Source of the DNA: a candidate division WOR-1 bacterium RIFCSPLOWO2_02_FULL_46_20
GTDB lineage: Bacteria; Margulisbacteria; WOR-1; O2-12-FULL-45-9
Assembly: GCA_001771365.1 (NCBI GenBank)
Contig: METP01000033.1
Coordinates: 11,325-75,324, forward strand
Direction of reading: 5' to 3'
DNA length: 64,000 nucleotides
Shown: positions 59,756 through 64,000 of the stretch, in pieces
Layout of the letters: each line of letters starts with the position of its first letter
Position numbering within the stretch: the first letter of the stretch is position 1
Position numbers and translations under genes: made by a program
The notes under the pieces: model-generated
The model's input: the letters and a program-made list of their open reading frames with translations, nothing else
What the model was told of the DNA's origin: nothing
Database searches by the model: none

Positions 59756-61741
59756 CTATTCGAGCGGCGGCACGTATCCGTGCGGCCCCGCGTCGTTTAA
59801 TTCAATTGATAAATTTCTGAAAGAGCCGTACCACCAGCTGCTGTCGATAACATCAACCAGCCCATTTTGATCCAGATCGGCACGAATAAACGGGTCAGCT
59901 ATAACATCTTCCCCGGTACTATTAAACCTGCTGAACAACCTGTACCAATGCGAAGCGTCAATTACATCGATGTAATTGTTGCTATCAAGGTCACCAACCC
60001 TAAACATTGTCCTGTTATTAAAAGTCAGCAAGGCATCTGGCTTATCTGCAGATGGCCCATAAGGTGTTTCCTTATAAATTCTATCAGCCGGCGCGTCAGC
60101 TAGTGTCGGATCGGCTGTTAAGTCCAAACGTGTAGTGGAAGCGTCTCTCTCTGCTCCGGTTATCAAGTTAATAAGTCTATTAGTAATAACCGACATATGG
60201 CCAAAACCGACTAAAGCAGGAGTTAACCATTGTTTGACCACTATGTAATAATCATTATCGGACATAGGCGTCCCTGCTCCAAATTCTGTGCCATCAGGTC
60301 TAAGAAAACCGTTCCTACCGGTTGTCTTGTCAGAATTTTCTGATAATATTATGTCGGCATATCCTACCAGGGACGTTGCCGCGGCTGGGCTGGCGCCCGT
60401 CCTAGCTTCCACCCTGACTATTTGAGGAATAGTATGGCTCCAAGTAGTCGTGTTGACTAGAGCCTGGAACAGGGCCGAAACTCTGATTTGAGGACCATAC
60501 GGAATATCAACAATTTGATAGCCGATATAAATACTAAAACGCTGTTCAGCTGTCGCTCCAAAACTATCGGTCACCTTAATAACAAACTCATAAGTTCCCC
60601 GAGCTGTCGGAATCCCGCTAATGGTATTGCCTGCTAAAGCCAATTCCGGAGGAAGCTCTCCAAAAGTTATGCTCCAGGTATATGGCTCTGTTCCCCCTGC
60701 AGCCTCTAGATTCACGGCATAATTAACCCCCACCGTACCCGCCGCCAAAGAATCGGTTGTTATTTGCAATGGACCTGTTCCTTCCCGCACCAGTTGAAAA
60801 TCCAACATCGTTGTCCGTCCCGCTTCAATTGCGACATTCTCTTGGGCAAAAGGAATATAGCCTGTTTTAGAAGCAGTTACAGTGTAGCTCGCGGGCTGCA
60901 CCCCACCAATAGTATACATCCCATCATCCCCGGTTACTGCGCTAAGGTCACCAATACTAACTAGTACGCCTGGAATTAGAGACGAACCGGTTACCTGTCC
61001 CGCTAATCCTCCTAAATCACCAGGATCACTTGAAGGCGTAAGCGTGATATTCAACTGACTCGTAGCCCCAGCCTCGATTACAACATCACTAATAGTTGCT
61101 GTTTGATAATCAGCCGCTGTCGCGGTTACCGTATAAGTACCTGGTAATATATTGGTGACGCGATAAGTACCGTCTAAACCACTCTGCGCGCTAGAACCAG
61201 CGATAGTTACAGTAACATTCCTAATCAAATTGCCAAAACTATTAGTCACAACGCCTTCTAGTGTGCCACCCCCCGGCTCAACTGGCCCTTCGCCTGCAAC
61301 CAAAGCAATTGCCCCGATCGCCGTAAAACCTTCAACAGCATTCCAGGCAGCAATAAAGTTAGTCAATGGCACAGGATTCTTGCCAAAACCATCGCGGCTA
61401 TAAACCCCAACATAATATTGATCGATATTCGCGCGAGTGGTCAGGTCAGTATGCACAGCTGTGCCGTAAGTAAAATACAATTCGTAGAGATTAACCATAA
61501 AATTACCGGACGCGTCTGTCAGAGCCTGACCGGCAATTGGCCTGATATTATCTGTCTTATACACAAAGACGCGGTAATCAGAGAGAGCCCCATCATCCGG
61601 ACGCGAAACGGTTCCAATTAATGGATAAGAAGGTAAAACATAGCCCTCTGGATTGGCGGGCAAAACAGCCAGGGACCGGCTGGCGCCGAAAGCCAGAAAG
61701 AGCGATACTATTAATAAACCTATAACAAATCTATGCTTCAA
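59756..61741 (-). CDS. Secreted protein with carboxypeptidase-regulatory-like and He_PIG Ig domains and a C-terminal dockerin-like duplication
   Basis: DGTYRV.NI.PGTYTVTA-type domain x2; GGTEPYTWSI..G.LP; GDLDSNNYIDVID and ADLDQNGLVDVID. Confidence 0.75.
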   Translation of the reverse strand: MKHRFVIGLLIVSLFLAFGASRSLAVLPANPEGYVLPSYPLIGTVSRPDDGALSDYRVFVYKTDNIRPIAGQALTDASGNFMVNLYELYFTYGTAVHTDLTTRANIDQYYVGVYSRDGFGKNPVPLTNFIAAWNAVEGFTAIGAIALVAGEGPVEPGGGTLEGVVTNSFGNLIRNVTVTIAGSSAQSGLDGTYRVTNILPGTYTVTATAADYQTATISDVVIEAGATSQLNITLTPSSDPGDLGGLAGQVTGSSLIPGVLVSIGDLSAVTGDDGMYTIGGVQPASYTVTASKTGYIPFAQENVAIEAGRTTMLDFQLVREGTGPLQITTDSLAAGTVGVNYAVNLEAAGGTEPYTWSITFGELPPELALAGNTISGIPTARGTYEFVIKVTDSFGATAEQRFSIYIGYQIVDIPYGPQIRVSALFQALVNTTTWSHTIPQIVRVEARTGASPAAATSLVGYADIILSENSDKTTGRNGFLRPDGTEFGAGTPMSDNDYYIVVKQWLTPALVGFGHMSVITNRLINLITGAERDASTTRLDLTADPTLADAPADRIYKETPYGPSADKPDALLTFNNRTMFRVGDLDSNNYIDVIDASHWYRLFSRFNSTGEDVIADPFIRADLDQNGLVDVIDSSWWYGSFRNLSIELNDAGPHGYVPPLE

Positions 61742-61751
61742 TTATCTCCTC

Positions 61752-62957
61752 TTATTGAGACACATTGCTAATCGTTGCCACGAGCGGAACTGTTAATCCT
61801 TTCATATAGACCTGATACCCTTGTGTCGCGCTTAATGGAGTGTTAAGTAACAGGCTACCTTCAAAACCTGTTTCAGCGGCATTCACCTTGACCCCAATAA
61901 TATTCCCGTCGTTATCTACATAACCAAAAGTAGAGACCCTGGTTGGGCCGCCAAGAACAGCGATCAATTCCCCAACCGTGTTGAAACCGGTCGTACCGAC
62001 ATACCAATTCCCCAACCCACCTGCAGGCATACCCAGGGCAAAGAAATTAAGACCATTAATAAAGTTAATGGTGGTGGAAAGAGTGCCGGGGATTCCAGAT
62101 CCACCTAAAAGTGTCCACTCGTCAGCAATTTTATTAGCCGCGTCATCAGTTGAAGAAAACCAGTTCCTGTTCCAAGCACGGATACTGTACGTCGCTCCCG
62201 CCACAAAATAGGATCCTGTTAATGTGAATGTCCCACTACTTTGGTTAATTAGAGAAGGCCCGATCACACCATCAGCGGCGCGAACTGCGACAGGCGCCGC
62301 ATCGCCAACCTTCACAATCTCAACTGCATAAGTGCTACTAGCACCTCCAACCTCAATAATATTAGGAGATGCGCCGGGAACAGCCGATACCCTTATTGTG
62401 AGCGTAGTTTCAGTATTATTTGTTTCTCCAATACGTGTTTGAGCTTCCTGGATACTCAGGGTTGGCGCGTAAGGCGCACCTTTCAGATGATCGGTTGTCC
62501 CGCTAATAAAATAATCTTTGGCTTCAGTTGCCGATAAAGCCAGATTTGAGGACGCCCAGGCTGTTCCGGTATAGTAATTTCCGGTATTAACAATTTTATA
62601 ATGCAGTCCATCTCCTGCCAGCGCTAAGACATAAACATTGCCTGTGCCTGCAAAATCGTAGCGGAAAACATCAAAATCTCCGGCCGACCGGTAAGTTGAA
62701 TACCCGGAGGGAGCAAAAGTGGTTGCCGCAGCATTCGGCGCTGGACTAGAATTAAAAAATAGAAAATTAGTCGGCGCGACAGTTTCCGGATTCGGAGTCA
62801 TTGTAGCGTTGGAATCATCTAAAACTTTATAGGTTCCACCATTACCACTGATTGAGATAGAACCATTAACTGTTGCCTGAGCCATCCCGGAAAAAAGAAA
62901 CAACAAAGTAAATATTTCAAAAACCAGCTTCCCGCGCCACTTTAACTTAAATTTCAT
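61752..62957 (-). CDS. Secreted beta-rich surface protein
   Basis: Signal peptide; FnIII-like GATYSIRAWN; C-terminal G.N.F...GYQV domain. Confidence 0.6.
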   Translation of the reverse strand: MKFKLKWRGKLVFEIFTLLFLFSGMAQATVNGSISISGNGGTYKVLDDSNATMTPNPETVAPTNFLFFNSSPAPNAAATTFAPSGYSTYRSAGDFDVFRYDFAGTGNVYVLALAGDGLHYKIVNTGNYYTGTAWASSNLALSATEAKDYFISGTTDHLKGAPYAPTLSIQEAQTRIGETNNTETTLTIRVSAVPGASPNIIEVGGASSTYAVEIVKVGDAAPVAVRAADGVIGPSLINQSSGTFTLTGSYFVAGATYSIRAWNRNWFSSTDDAANKIADEWTLLGGSGIPGTLSTTINFINGLNFFALGMPAGGLGNWYVGTTGFNTVGELIAVLGGPTRVSTFGYVDNDGNIIGVKVNAAETGFEGSLLLNTPLSATQGYQVYMKGLTVPLVATISNVSQ

Positions 62958-62981
62958 TACAGATACCTCCTCAATTTATAA

Positions 62982-64000
62982 TTACGGTAACGACGGCGTC
63001 CATACCAGGGGCGCCGCTAATGGATCACGATAATAATAATAACCAACCATACCCGAAAGTCTGACGCCGGTTACGCCAAATTGACTCTGATTTACAGTAT
63101 CAAATCCTGGAGTTGGTAAAGCCAGACGGTTATAAATTAAAACCCTGTCTCCGGCGGCTGTACCTGCCCCAAAAACAGTGAACGCATACCGCGCCGGGAA
63201 TTGAACACTGAAAAGAGTATTGCCACCACTCATGGTTTCGGGAATGGCACTTAAAGGAACATTGCCAACCAGGGTAATTGTGATCTCACTACCCGTATTG
63301 TAATAGTAATAACCTTTGTCCGGATCAATCCCTAAAGTATTGGTCCAACCAACTCCAAGAAAGTCAGTTGTATTAAAACCAGTTCTGTCACCAGTTTGTT
63401 TATAAATACGGCTACCGGCAACATAGCCTGCCCCATCACCAAAATTCTGATTACCCATAATTCGGTCCATATTGCCAATTAATCTTAAAGGCACACTAAA
63501 GAAGGTGTTCCCTCCACCAAAAGCATAATTAATCTTACCCACCGCCCAGGCCGACGCGATATAGGAGGGATCACCATCAACAGGAGAAACATCTGGATCA
63601 ATATTTGCAACCAACGCTTTGTAATATCGTTCATCGTTGCCGGTACCGACCTGGCCATTATCCGAGTATGGAGAAACAGTAATGTCGGGAGCCAGAAGAG
63701 TCCATCCGGTCGTATTAGAAAATTGTCCGGTACCGTCACCATTTAAATAGTAGATATCTATCGCGGGATAGGCAGTTGTATTCCAATTTAATTCAATATT
63801 AGGACCGTTTCTGGCAATTGTCAGAGGGACGGTCCCTTCGGGTACTGGTGGTTCTCCCCCCAGGGTAAGACTGAAATTTACCATCACAGGGGTCTCATTT
63901 ACCAAATTGGCAGGTGCATTCGCCGACGCATAACCGGCGGCCACACAATTTACGGTGTAATTACCGTAAGTAATATTAAAAATCATATATTCTCCGCCAA
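62982..64000 (-). CDS. Surface protein, 5'-truncated by the window edge
   Basis: Frame open to the window end (GGEYMIFNITYGNYTV); two G.NT.FSV...GYYYY repeats. Confidence 0.65.
   Translation of the reverse strand, partial: GGEYMIFNITYGNYTVNCVAAGYASANAPANLVNETPVMVNFSLTLGGEPPVPEGTVPLTIARNGPNIELNWNTTAYPAIDIYYLNGDGTGQFSNTTGWTLLAPDITVSPYSDNGQVGTGNDERYYKALVANIDPDVSPVDGDPSYIASAWAVGKINYAFGGGNTFFSVPLRLIGNMDRIMGNQNFGDGAGYVAGSRIYKQTGDRTGFNTTDFLGVGWTNTLGIDPDKGYYYYNTGSEITITLVGNVPLSAIPETMSGGNTLFSVQFPARYAFTVFGAGTAAGDRVLIYNRLALPTPGFDTVNQSQFGVTGVRLSGMVGYYYYRDPLAAPLVWTPSLP

Overview
Bacterial chromosomal window. Gene content (SLH-bearing outer-membrane barrel, UPF0182, heptamer repeats) suggests a diderm candidate-phylum organism such as WOR-1/Saganbacteria; this is inference only. 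Bases 1-19 kb are housekeeping: M50 protease, DJ-1, RNase HI, RNase P RNA, GIY-YIG, a 913-aa duplicated L,D-transpeptidase-like protein, carAB, UPF0182, CPA2 antiporter, LOG, ispE, rpsT, accDA and two tRNA-Leu. Directly at the 3' end of tRNA-Leu(CAG) is a tandem array of two cargo cassettes (19063-23169 and 23166-30228). They share conserved left and right ends, sub-terminal inverted repeats and a 4-bp GGCA core, but no recombinase is encoded in the window. Cassette 1 carries a Clp-fold serine protease and a type II R-M system. Cassette 2 carries a heptad-repeat protein, a cheB fragment and a TreT/OtsAB trehalose operon. Next come a P-type ATPase, an APC permease and a divergent F1Fo operon (possibly an older third cassette), then rho, murF and tRNA-Leu(GAG). 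The window ends with a stripped flagellar-type export cluster (fliK to flhA) and a surface-protein locus: a PorV-like barrel fused to SLH domains, proteins with T9SS-like C-terminal domains, and a cohesin/dockerin pair.
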